Below, one piece after another: positions 1-9,100 of a stretch of DNA of 53,282 nt. Source of the DNA: a virus (taxonomy: Duplodnaviria > Caudoviricetes); the IMG/VR virus record IMGVR_UViG_3300021471_000002, positions 1 to 53,282 of that record, one strand, 5' to 3'. Made by a program: the position numbers and the translations under genes. Numbering within the stretch: the stretch's first letter is position 1; each line of letters starts with the position of its first letter. The notes below the pieces were generated by a model. It saw only the letters and a program-made list of their open reading frames with translations, was not told the origin of the DNA and searched no databases.

Positions 1-127
1 CCGCCGCTACCGACATCCCGGTCGGTGTGTTGCAGAACAAGCCAACCACCGGCAGGGCAGCGGAGGTCTGTGTGTTGGGACCGACGAAGGTCGAGGCGGA
101 CGGTGCAATCACGGCCGGCGGGCTGAT
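1..127. repeat. Exact terminal direct repeat (copy 1); circular-assembly overlap
   Basis: 1-127 is identical to 53156-53282 and an ORF reads through the join. Confidence 0.95.
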
Positions 128-278
128 CGGTACGTCCGCCGATGGCCAGGCGGACGAGAAGACGGCCGGCACGGACACGACCGAGTTCATCTGCGGTCGT
201 GCGCTGGAGGCGGCTGCGGCCACCGGCGACATCATCGAGGCGGTCGTCAACTGCGTGTCGCCCGCTCGCGCCGCGTAA
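1..278 (+). CDS. Head decoration/capsid cement protein (DUF2190-like), 3' part
   Basis: GVLQNKP...V.VLG.TKVEA.GAI.AG..I...ADG.A...G.ALEAA...GDIIE pattern typical of DUF2190; directly upstream of MCP. Confidence 0.8.
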   Translation, partial: AATDIPVGVLQNKPTTGRAAEVCVLGPTKVEADGAITAGGLIGTSADGQADEKTAGTDTTEFICGRALEAAAATGDIIEAVVNCVSPARAA

Positions 279-308
279 TCGCCGGTTACCAAAGAAGGAG
301 GTGCAACT

Positions 309-1289
309 ATGCCAGCTGAACAACCAGGATCTGGCGACGTACACGTCGATCAGTTGCTGACCAACATCTCGGTCGGCTACAAAAATCAGTACTACATCGC
401 GGAGCAGATCTTCCCGGCCGTGTTGGTCGAGAAACGCTCCGACATCGTGCCGAAGTTCACTAAATCAGCGTGGTTCCGCGACGAGGCCAAGGAGCTCGGG
501 GAGCGTGAACCGCCCCCGGTGTCCGGGTACAACGTTGATCTGTCCGACACTTACTACTGCCGCGAATACGGTTTCGCTCATTTCATCAGCGATGCCCGAC
601 GCGACAACACCGACCAGCCGTTTGACGCCGTGCGCGACGGTGCAATGTGGGTCACCGACAAGCTTCTGCTGAAAGCAGAACGTATGTTCGTGACCGATTT
701 TTGGAAGACTGGGGTGTGGGGCACAGATGTGGCCGGAGGTGCGGATTTCACGAAGTGGTCAACCTATGCAACCTCGACGCCGATTGTTGACCTGCGCGGG
801 TGGATGCGCACTGTGCGCCGCTCTCTCGGCGGATTGGCGCCCAACACGCTGGTGCTCGGCGATCTGACGTTCGACGTGCTCGCCGACCACCCCAACTTGC
901 TCGACCGGATCAAATACTCCAGTTCGTCCGATAGTCCGGCGCTGGTGTCTCCGAACCTGATCGCACAGCTGGTTGGTGTGGAGCGGGTGCTGATTGGTCA
1001 GTCGCTGTACACCGACGATCCGGAGGGAACGGCGGAGTCCGGCGTGACATACACTCCGCTGTGGGACGACGATGCGCTGTTGGTCTACGTCGCCAGCCGT
1101 CCCTCGCTGTTCACCCCGTCAGCCGGCTACACGTTTGTGTGGCGTACCGCGTTCGGCGGCCCGCGTTACATCAAGCGCCGCCGGGACCCGATCAGCGACA
1201 AGGGGGAGCTGATCGAAGGCTTCCAGTACTTCGATCAGAAAGGCGTGGCGACCGACGCCGGGCTGTTTATATCTGACGCGGTGGACTGA
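309..1289 (+). CDS. Major capsid protein (lambda gpE-like family)
   Basis: 326 aa; N-terminal HVDQLLTNISVGYKN..YIAEQIFP.V.V, PNTLVLG, PSAGYTF motifs; strong SD AAGGAGG; position after scaffold and cement. Confidence 0.88.
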   Translation: MPAEQPGSGDVHVDQLLTNISVGYKNQYYIAEQIFPAVLVEKRSDIVPKFTKSAWFRDEAKELGEREPPPVSGYNVDLSDTYYCREYGFAHFISDARRDNTDQPFDAVRDGAMWVTDKLLLKAERMFVTDFWKTGVWGTDVAGGADFTKWSTYATSTPIVDLRGWMRTVRRSLGGLAPNTLVLGDLTFDVLADHPNLLDRIKYSSSSDSPALVSPNLIAQLVGVERVLIGQSLYTDDPEGTAESGVTYTPLWDDDALLVYVASRPSLFTPSAGYTFVWRTAFGGPRYIKRRRDPISDKGELIEGFQYFDQKGVATDAGLFISDAVD

Positions 1290-1291
1290 CG

Positions 1292-1624
1292 ATGAGCGGC
1301 GAGACATACGTTGTCGCAAATCGTGATTTCACGTACACCGCCGAGCTGCAGGTGCGGCGCGGGCAGGTCTTCGCCCTGGGCGGACATCGGAACGACGCAT
1401 TGCTGATTAAACACCGACACGTCGCACTGCTTGATCCTCAGCCGACAGCCGCAAAGGTGAAGCAGTTTCCGACTTGCGGCGAATGTGGTCGGCAGTTTGT
1501 CAGTGAGCACTGGCGCGAGCGGTGCGGCGAGCTGGACACACTGCCGGCCGGGGAGCAGCGGCGTGTGCGGCGGCGTGACGCGGCTCAGCGCAACGACCGC
1601 CGCATTGTAACTGTCGGCGCGTAG
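1292..1624 (+). CDS. Hypothetical protein with CxxC..F..H..C zinc-finger-like motif
   Basis: Coupled to MCP; TCGECGRQFVSEHWRERC. Confidence 0.6.
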   Translation: MSGETYVVANRDFTYTAELQVRRGQVFALGGHRNDALLIKHRHVALLDPQPTAAKVKQFPTCGECGRQFVSEHWRERCGELDTLPAGEQRRVRRRDAAQRNDRRIVTVGA

Positions 1625-1638
1625 GGAGGGGACAGGCG

Positions 1639-2055
1639 ATGACGGTCGCACAGGTGATCTACGGTGGCTCGCCGGTAGCGTTTTCCGGCAACTTCGAGGT
1701 GACGTTGTTGTCGAGCGCCGAGCGCACGTGCAGCGTCAGCAGCGGGGATCAACAAAATCACTACTCTCGCGGTGTTGCAATCGCATTCGATGTGACCGCC
1801 ATCACCGGCTCGCCGAGTTTGACGTTGTCGCTGGAGTGGAAAACGCCGCTCGGTGAGTACGTCACGCTGATGACTGCGCCGGCTGTGACGGCGGTCGGGC
1901 ATCACACGTATATCCTGTATCCCGACATCGCCGCCGCAGCCGCCGACGTCGAGGTGGCGGTCGGGTTTCCGTTGCCGTACTGCTGGCGCGTCACCGTGGC
2001 ACACGGGACGGCGGATGCGGTGACATACAGCGTCACAGCGTCACTGTTGCAGTAG
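1639..2055 (+). CDS. Hypothetical virion protein (beta-rich)
   Basis: SD GGAGG; in head-neck operon. Confidence 0.6.
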   Translation: MTVAQVIYGGSPVAFSGNFEVTLLSSAERTCSVSSGDQQNHYSRGVAIAFDVTAITGSPSLTLSLEWKTPLGEYVTLMTAPAVTAVGHHTYILYPDIAAAAADVEVAVGFPLPYCWRVTVAHGTADAVTYSVTASLLQ

Positions 2056-2069
2056 CTGGAGGTGTATGC

Positions 2070-2654
2070 GTGTCGCTCACCGATCTGGAGCGCCTGCGGC
2101 TGACGATAGCGGATCGCCCCCGCTCGGTGATTGACGAGCGGCTGGGCGTGGGCAACGGCGTGTTGGCTGCGTTCAGGATGCAGTTGTACCCGGTCGTGCC
2201 CGGCTCGGACGTGTTGCTATTGCGCGACGGCGACACGGCTCTGGTGCAGGTGCGGGATCAGGATTACACGATCACCGAGGAGTCGGGCGTGGTGCATTTT
2301 GCAACCGCGCCGGCTTCCGGCGTGGTGGTGATGGCGTCATACGACTGGACGGTGTTCAGTGACGACGAGCTGAACGATGCACTGGAGCAGGATGGCTCTG
2401 TGCGTCGGGCGGCGATGCGGGCGATTCGGTGGCTGTTGGCGGACACGGATCGTTTTGTCAAATATCAGCTCGGCCAGGAGAGTGTTGACCGCACTACATC
2501 CCGTCAGGCGCTGCTCGATCTGCTCGACGAGCTGCGGCGCGAGGCCGGCGCTCCGTTCTTGGTCGTGCTGGCCGACACCGAGGCGCGTGAGGAGGCGATG
2601 GCGCCGTTCATCGAGCAGAGCGAGGAGCTGGCGGATGAGCTTGCACTCACATAG
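2070..2654 (+). CDS. Head-tail connector/adaptor with inserted beta domain
   Basis: LERLRLTIAD...FSDDEL...AA..AI pattern of gp6/gp15-like adaptors; SD GGAGG. Confidence 0.6.
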   Translation: MSLTDLERLRLTIADRPRSVIDERLGVGNGVLAAFRMQLYPVVPGSDVLLLRDGDTALVQVRDQDYTITEESGVVHFATAPASGVVVMASYDWTVFSDDELNDALEQDGSVRRAAMRAIRWLLADTDRFVKYQLGQESVDRTTSRQALLDLLDELRREAGAPFLVVLADTEAREEAMAPFIEQSEELADELALT

Positions 2655-2985
2655 CAGATTGCCGGTGGCGGCGATGGCGGCCGGGGCTCGTGCAATCACA
2701 CGCGACAGCTACACGCACGCGACGGTGTACCGCGATGACGAGCTGGTGGCGGATTTCCAGTGCCGCATCGCGGTGGCGAACAACGCGGTGATGAGCGCGG
2801 ATGTACAGCGAGCAATGGGCGATGCCAGTCCGGGATTTTACGTTGCGCTGGTGTCGGCGCAGCTGGCGATGGACCGCGTGGTCAGGCAGGGCGATGAGCT
2901 GTGGACGGATGGCCGGCGCTACCGGGTGGTGTCCGTGGCCGCGTATCCGCACGAGGGTCAAATCCTGTTGCGGCACATTCAGTAG
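2635..2985 (+). CDS. Head closure/stopper-like protein
   Basis: In-frame ATG 2635 inside track ORF 2377-2985; VRQGDEL..DGRRYRVVSV pattern; position after adaptor. Confidence 0.55.
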   Translation: MSLHSHSRLPVAAMAAGARAITRDSYTHATVYRDDELVADFQCRIAVANNAVMSADVQRAMGDASPGFYVALVSAQLAMDRVVRQGDELWTDGRRYRVVSVAAYPHEGQILLRHIQ

Positions 2986-3026
2986 GCAGTAGACAGCAGG
3001 CGGTAGGCAGTTGTTGGTGGAGGTGA

Positions 3027-3347
3027 ATGATGGACGAGGTTGTGATCATCGAGAATGGAGTTGAAAAATGCCGGTTCGTTCCGCGTGAGATGGGTGATGA
3101 TTACCTGATCACCCCCTCGCGCTATCGTCCCTGGCCGGTCACGCCTGGCGTGGCGGAGGTGCGGGTTGGACGTCGGCTGATCGGGCGCGTCACGACCTGC
3201 CGGCGGGAGCAGTTCCAGCGGTGCCGGATCGAGTTTGATCCGGTGCGGACGAGCAGGAAGCGGCGCTCCGTCAGGTCGGAGGAGCCTGCGGCGGACGGCG
3301 GGGAGCCAGAGTCGGTCATCAAGCCTCCGGCGGAGGCGGAGGACTGA
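3027..3347 (+). CDS. Hypothetical protein
   Basis: SD GGAGGTG; in operon. Confidence 0.55.
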   Translation: MMDEVVIIENGVEKCRFVPREMGDDYLITPSRYRPWPVTPGVAEVRVGRRLIGRVTTCRREQFQRCRIEFDPVRTSRKRRSVRSEEPAADGGEPESVIKPPAEAED

Positions 3348-3550
3348 TGGCGACGCTCACGCTGGCGCTGTTCGTGATGGTGGAAGACGAGGGTATTGAG
3401 CCGGCGGCGGTGGAGGTGCCGGACAGAAGCGTGGTGGTGGATGACGAGCAAGCGGATGCGTTGCTGAATTTAGCGCTGCGGATGGTGAGCGAGATTAGCG
3501 ATGACAGAGTACAGCGATCTGGCCGAGTGGGCGCTGGCGACGTTGCGTGA
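3347..3550 (+). CDS. Hypothetical protein
   Basis: TGATG coupling to the previous ORF. Confidence 0.45.
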   Translation: MATLTLALFVMVEDEGIEPAAVEVPDRSVVVDDEQADALLNLALRMVSEISDDRVQRSGRVGAGDVA

Positions 3551-3968
3551 CGACATCACCGCCTGCGCCGCGGTAGTCGGCGGCGCAGATGGGATCATCG
3601 AATCGGGCAACGTCGATCCGCAGGCACTGGACGACGCGCAGCGAGCGCGTCGTGACTCGGGAAACGACCAGGTGCTAACGGTCATCGTGATGGACACAGG
3701 TGAGCGGGGGGGAACAGGCGAACGAGAGGGGAGCTTTAGTGTCTATGTCTGCGACCGTGGTGGTTACGGCCGCATTCGTGCCGCACGCGATGCGGTGCTG
3801 GCTGCGCTGGCCTCGAGGCCGGTGCAGCTGACACGCGGTCGGCACGTTGTGATGGTGCGCTACCTGGCGCGGACAGGACACGAGCGATTCACGGAGTACA
3901 ATCTGGATTACGAGCGTATTGATTTCGAGGGGGCGCTGGAGAGTTACGGCAGCGCAGAGGTATATTAG
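3501..3968 (+). CDS. Tail terminator/completion-like protein
   Basis: 155 aa immediately upstream of the tail tube; size and synteny only. Confidence 0.5.
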   Translation: MTEYSDLAEWALATLRDDITACAAVVGGADGIIESGNVDPQALDDAQRARRDSGNDQVLTVIVMDTGERGGTGEREGSFSVYVCDRGGYGRIRAARDAVLAALASRPVQLTRGRHVVMVRYLARTGHERFTEYNLDYERIDFEGALESYGSAEVY

Positions 3969-3977
3969 AAGGAGGCT

Positions 3978-4826
3978 GTGATGGCTACAACTAAAATCGC
4001 AACTGGAGCGGGGTTCCGGCACGTACAGGTTTTGCCGCTGGACGCCAATTCCCTGCCACTCGTCGGCGCCGCCGGCAGCACCGGCGACACCGGCAAAACG
4101 GCAAGCGGGGCGAAGACACTGACGTTGAACGTTCCGGACGCGCAGACTATCACGCACACCGGCGACGACCGGGTGATCAACATCGATATGCTACCGGCGA
4201 CCGAGGGCGTGACGGCGGAGCTGACGACCGGCAAAACCAACCTGGAGCTCGATGCGTTGTTGACCAACGTCGAGGTGTTCACGCTCGGCGAGATGCAGGC
4301 GATGCTGCACCAGACGGATCAGCAGGGCTGTGAGATTCAGGTGTGTCTGCTGGCATACCGCGCCGCGCAGGACGCCGATCCGTCCAGCGCGACGAAAGGG
4401 GCACGGCGTTGGGTGTGGGTGATGATGCCGAGCGCGATCGTTTTCCCCAAGCCGGCCTCGATGGAGGAGGGCAATCCGGACGAGAACTCTTATATGGTCG
4501 TGCCGCAAACGGTGACGGCGTGGCCGTGGGCGATTGCGTTTTCGGACACAACCGAAGGCGCCACCGAGGCCCAGCTCGCTCGTGGCATCTCCGAGGGGCC
4601 GCCGTTGCTCGAGGCGTGGGAGGGCGATGGGACAGAGACGGAATTCGATTTGAGCGAAACGGCGCGGTCAACGGACGCCGTGAAAGTGTACCATTGGGTG
4701 GCGGCCACCAAGACCGCGTCTGACGTGACCAGCAGCGTCACGATCACTACATCGTCAATCACGTTTTCGACCGCCCCGGCGAGCGGCGACAAGATCATCG
4801 CATTCTACGAGACCGCAAGCTGCTGA
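3978..4826 (+). CDS. Major tail tube protein with C-terminal accessory beta domain
   Basis: Thr/Ser-rich 282 aa, strong SD, directly upstream of the frameshifted chaperone and tape measure. Confidence 0.7.
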   Translation: MMATTKIATGAGFRHVQVLPLDANSLPLVGAAGSTGDTGKTASGAKTLTLNVPDAQTITHTGDDRVINIDMLPATEGVTAELTTGKTNLELDALLTNVEVFTLGEMQAMLHQTDQQGCEIQVCLLAYRAAQDADPSSATKGARRWVWVMMPSAIVFPKPASMEEGNPDENSYMVVPQTVTAWPWAIAFSDTTEGATEAQLARGISEGPPLLEAWEGDGTETEFDLSETARSTDAVKVYHWVAATKTASDVTSSVTITTSSITFSTAPASGDKIIAFYETASC

Positions 4827-5245
4827 TGGCTCTTCAAACGCGCACTGTGACGTATGAATCCTCGGACACGACGATCACGATTGTTGTGTCCGAGGCTACG
4901 GCGATGACCGGGATGAAGCGGGCGTTACTGCGAGGTCAGGCCAACGCCTACCTGCGGGCGCTCGACGAGGAGGCCGGCGACGGGGATAGTGACACCACGT
5001 CAGTTGATGCGCTGGCCACGGTGCTGCTGGCCCGGGTCGTCTATCCCGACTTGGTCGCGTGCGTGGTGGAGGCCAAGGGGCTAGACGTCTCCGAGCTCGA
5101 CGTGGCTGCGTTCAGCGAGTTACCTGACTCGCTCGTTGACGCCTGGGAGGCGGCGGTATACGAATTGAATCCGCACTGGCTTCCGTCGGCGTCGGCGGAC
5201 GAGGAGGAGCAGGCGGCAAAAAAAGGCAGGCCGAGCTCCGGGTAG
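4826..5245 (+). CDS. Tail assembly chaperone (gpG-like)
   Basis: Between tube and TMP; acidic; slippery A AAA AAA (5218-5224) near the 3' end. Confidence 0.75.
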   Translation: MALQTRTVTYESSDTTITIVVSEATAMTGMKRALLRGQANAYLRALDEEAGDGDSDTTSVDALATVLLARVVYPDLVACVVEAKGLDVSELDVAAFSELPDSLVDAWEAAVYELNPHWLPSASADEEEQAAKKGRPSSG

Positions 5246-5514
5246 CCGTTCGCGGCTGGTTAATCGATTACAACGCTGCGCTGGAGGAAGCTGCGGATGT
5301 AGACTCTCTGGAGGACGACGACACGTGGACGCTCGTGCGGCCGGAGGAAAGTTTCGCGATCTGGAAGCTCTGGCGCAGTATGGGGGCGCCACACGTGTTC
5401 GTGCCGCTGTGGAGTGGCGGCGTGCTGGACTGGCCGGAGTGGTTTGTCCACGACGCGGCGGTCTTGAACTGGCTGAACAGACTGACGCGCCGCGACATGG
5501 GACTGGAGGATTGA
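5224..5514 (+). CDS. Tail assembly chaperone -1 frameshift extension (gpGT-like); absent from ORF track
   Basis: -1 frame open from the slippery site: RQAELRVAVRGWLIDYN...PLWSGGVLDWPEWFVHD...MGLED* (TGA 5512-5514). Confidence 0.75.
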   Translation, partial: RQAELRVAVRGWLIDYNAALEEAADVDSLEDDDTWTLVRPEESFAIWKLWRSMGAPHVFVPLWSGGVLDWPEWFVHDAAVLNWLNRLTRRDMGLED

Positions 5515-5552
5515 AGCAGGCTGCGACCTGGCGTGGTTGTGGTCTGCTTTTT
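5514..5552 (+). terminator. Possible intrinsic terminator after gpGT
   Basis: aagcaggctgcgacc / ggttgtggtctgctt stem with several G-U pairs followed by a short T run. Confidence 0.4.
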
Positions 5553-5658
5553 GCGTACTGTGGATTTGTCTATGTGACGCTATAGCTTGACGCGCGACAG
5601 CCTGGCACGGCGACGATACGGCAAATGCCAGAGGCAATGCAAGTGAAGGCGGGGAGCA

Positions 5659-6192
5659 ATGATCGAGATACGAATAAAGGCAGAGCTGAAACAAGACGCT
5701 AAATGGACTGCACTGTGGACTGCGTTGGCCGACGTGGGCAATCTCGCCAACCGCGAAGTAGAAATCATTGCCGACACCGCCCGGCGCGGCATTGCCGAAA
5801 ACTTCGAGCAGGAGCGAGCGCCAGATGGGGCACGGTGGGAGCCGCTGGCGCCGCTTACGCGCCGGCAACGGGCGGAGGGAATAGACGAGCGCGGCGTTCC
5901 GTTCCGCGTCGGTCAGGCCCACCCTATCCTGGTACGGACGCAGGACTTGAAGCGCTCGTTCGTGGAGCGCACACATCCGCGCAACGTCACACGTGTTGAG
6001 CGCGGCGATGACATGATACGTGTGTTGCTCAGTGCGCGTGACGACCCGCAGACCCCGGGCCGAATCGCCAAGCTGCACTCCGGCAGCGGGCGTGTGCCGG
6101 CCCGGCCGTTCATCGGACTGAGCAACCGGTCGCTGGCGCGGGTCGACGAGCAGGCGCGGCGCGTGCTGGCGCAGCGACTGGAGAGAGTGTAG
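5659..6192 (+). CDS. Phage virion morphogenesis protein (Mu gpG / P2 S-like)
   Basis: NFEQE.APDG..WEPL and PARPFIGLS signature motifs. Confidence 0.8.
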   Translation: MIEIRIKAELKQDAKWTALWTALADVGNLANREVEIIADTARRGIAENFEQERAPDGARWEPLAPLTRRQRAEGIDERGVPFRVGQAHPILVRTQDLKRSFVERTHPRNVTRVERGDDMIRVLLSARDDPQTPGRIAKLHSGSGRVPARPFIGLSNRSLARVDEQARRVLAQRLERV

Positions 6193-6198
6193 TACTCA

Positions 6199-9100
6199 AT
6201 GTCTAACGAATACGCAATCAGGATCACAATAGACAGCCGTGATGTGCAAGCCCAGGCCGCCCGGGTCCGGCGGGTCATCGAGAGCGAGATAGCTCAGATC
6301 GCAACCGTGTCGCTTGACACGTCGGCGCTCGAGCGGGCGCTCAGCGGTGCCGGGCAGTTGTCGCTCGGTGGTGGCGAGATCGCCGGGCTTGAGAGCGCAG
6401 TGGAGCAGATACAGGAATTGCGTTCTTTGGTCGAACAGCCGTTGGTGGTCAGGATCGTCGTCGAGAGCACCGGGCTGGACGACGTCAGGGACAAGATGGC
6501 AAAAATCCGCGAAGATGCCGGCGGGCTGGGGCGGGCGGTAGCAGCCGGGTTAGGGCGGCAGGCGGATGCGCTGGAGAGACACCTGGCCGAGATCGAGTCG
6601 CGCATCACCGGTATAGTGAGCGCCGGCAAAAAGGTTGACATTGACGCGCCGCTGGAGGGGATGGAGCAGCTAGGAGAAGCACTGTCCGAGGACGAGAAGA
6701 AGGCATATAACCTGCAGCTCAAGCTGCGAGGACTTGACGAAGAGTCGCGGGTCTTGAACAAGCGGTTCGCCGAGCTCGGCGCGCAAAAGGTGATGCCGCT
6801 CGGCGGCGGGGAGTTGCAACCACTCAGCGAGCTATTCAGGATGTTCGACGCCCCGCACGTGCGGCGGAAAGTCAAATCGCTGGTGGCTGCGTTTGAGGCC
6901 GACGAAGAGCTGCGTCGGCTGGGTGAACGCATCGCTGAGGCCGAGGCGCGCGTACAGCAGGAAATAGAGCAGGGCTTGCAGGATATGATTGCGGCAGCGG
7001 ACCGGGCGAGGGAGGAGCTCGAGATACACCTCGCGAAGGAGCCGCCCGGCGTCAGGACTTTACCAGCCGAGATGCTTACGGAGGAACAGCGGGAATGGAT
7101 CGAGACAAACCAGATTCTGGCACGTGAATACGAGCGGCGACAGCAGGAGCTGTACGAGGCTAAGGCGCAGGCGCGATTTGGTGCGGAGTCGCAGGAGTTA
7201 CGCGATTTACGTGCGTCCGAGCAGGCACGTCGTCAGTTTCTGATCAGACAGATGAGCAGCGAGACCGCATTCTGGAAAGAGTGGGCACTAGGATCGGTCG
7301 AGGAGATCGCGCAGGCACTGAGACACCAGGGCCAGACGGCGGAGGCCGAGGCGCTGGAGGAGATGTATGCGATCTGGAAACGCCGCAAGCGCGTAGAAGA
7401 ACAACTAAAGCGCGGGCGTGGACGGCTGGTCAAAGGAGCACAGGTCGAGCTACCCAAAGAAGCCAAGGGAACGATGGTCGATCTGGTCAACGCTGAGCGT
7501 GTACTGGGCAAGGCGGCGGAGGACGTAACTAAGCAACTGGCCGAGCAAAGGAAAGAATTGAGCAAATTGATCATTCAGCTCGACCAGGCGGCTATGGCAG
7601 CGGACGGCTTTGGCGAGGCGCAGCGGATGGCGTTCATGCGTCTACAGAAGCTTGCGACGCGCGAGATCACGAAGCGCACGCCGCTGACGAAGACAACAAT
7701 CGAAGAGGCCAGCGACGTCAGCGTCGATGTCCTGGCGCGATTGTCGCGTGAGGCACAGCGTGTACGCGAGACGGTTGAGAAGGAGATGCAGGCCACGCTC
7801 GATCCGGTGCAGGAGACGGCGACCGAGATCGCGGAATCGCTGGCATCGCAACAAATTGAGGAGGCGGCAGCACGCCCGGCGCGCGGCATTGTAGCGTTGT
7901 GGCAGCGCGTGCGCGACATACTCGTCGGTCATTCGATCATACCGGATATGGTCAATGACATCAACGCCTGGCTGGCCCGGATCGGCGTCGAGTCTCCATT
8001 TGCCGAGCTGACAAAGCAAGGCAAGACCGCGGCCGACACGCTGGTCAACGAGTTTGCGCAGCTGGCCGAGGCGATCCCCGCGGAGCAGCTGGGTGAACGG
8101 ATCGATACACTCACGGCAGAGATTAACGCACTGGGTCAAGAGATGGAGGCGTTAACACTGCGCGGCCGGCAGGCGTCACAGAGATACCCCGCCGGTTACG
8201 GCGCGGCGGAGGAAACACGCCAAGCGCTTGGCGCATCGCCTGGGGTGCAAGGCAGCGCTCGCGAGGGCGCTGAGTGGTACCAGACGCTCAGTACAGACAT
8301 CGAGGCCGTGCGGCGGCTCAGTGCTGAGGATATGCGGCGGATGGACGAGCTGTGGTCGGCCATTGCGTCCAAACAAGCACAACTGGCTGCGCTGTTGCGT
8401 GCACAGCTGGCGCAGGCGAGCGAGACATATGCAGCGAAACTGAACGACGTGGCGAACGAGGATCAGTTCGAGCAATTGTACCGGCAGCTCGAAGCGACCG
8501 GGCACGAGATGGAGGCCGCCGAGCGGCGGATGGGTGAGGCAATCGCCGGCGTCCAGGAGCGTGTGGCCGCCGAGATAGCACGGGAGGCCGAGGCCGCCGA
8601 GAGGGAGGCCCGGGCCCGGGCCAGGTCACCCATTGGCAGAGCGGAGGCGGAGGAGCGCATTGCAGCGGCGAAGGCGGCCGCCGAACGGGAAAAGCAGCTC
8701 TACAGACAAACCACTGCTGTCGTCAGAGAAACCGAGAAACGCAAAACAGCGGAGGTAGTTACCGAGGCGCGGATCAGGCAGAAGAAGGTCGAGGAGGCCG
8801 AGAAGCGCGTGACCGCTCAGATCATTGCGGAGGCGCGGGCACAGCAGAGGCAGCGAGAGGAGGCCGCGAAACGCGAGACTGCTGCGACACGCGCGGCGGC
8901 AAAGGTGGCGGTGGAGGAGGCACAGGCGGTAGCACGCGCCCGGGCCGAGAGTGAGAAGCGCGCCACCATCGCTATGCGGCACGAACTGAAGGCACGCGAG
9001 CGCGCCGAGCGCGAGGCAGCGATAGCGCGGCGGCGTGAGGAGATGGCACGTGGCCTGGCGTTGGAGGCCGGCGTGGACTGGAACACATACGTCCAGGGTG

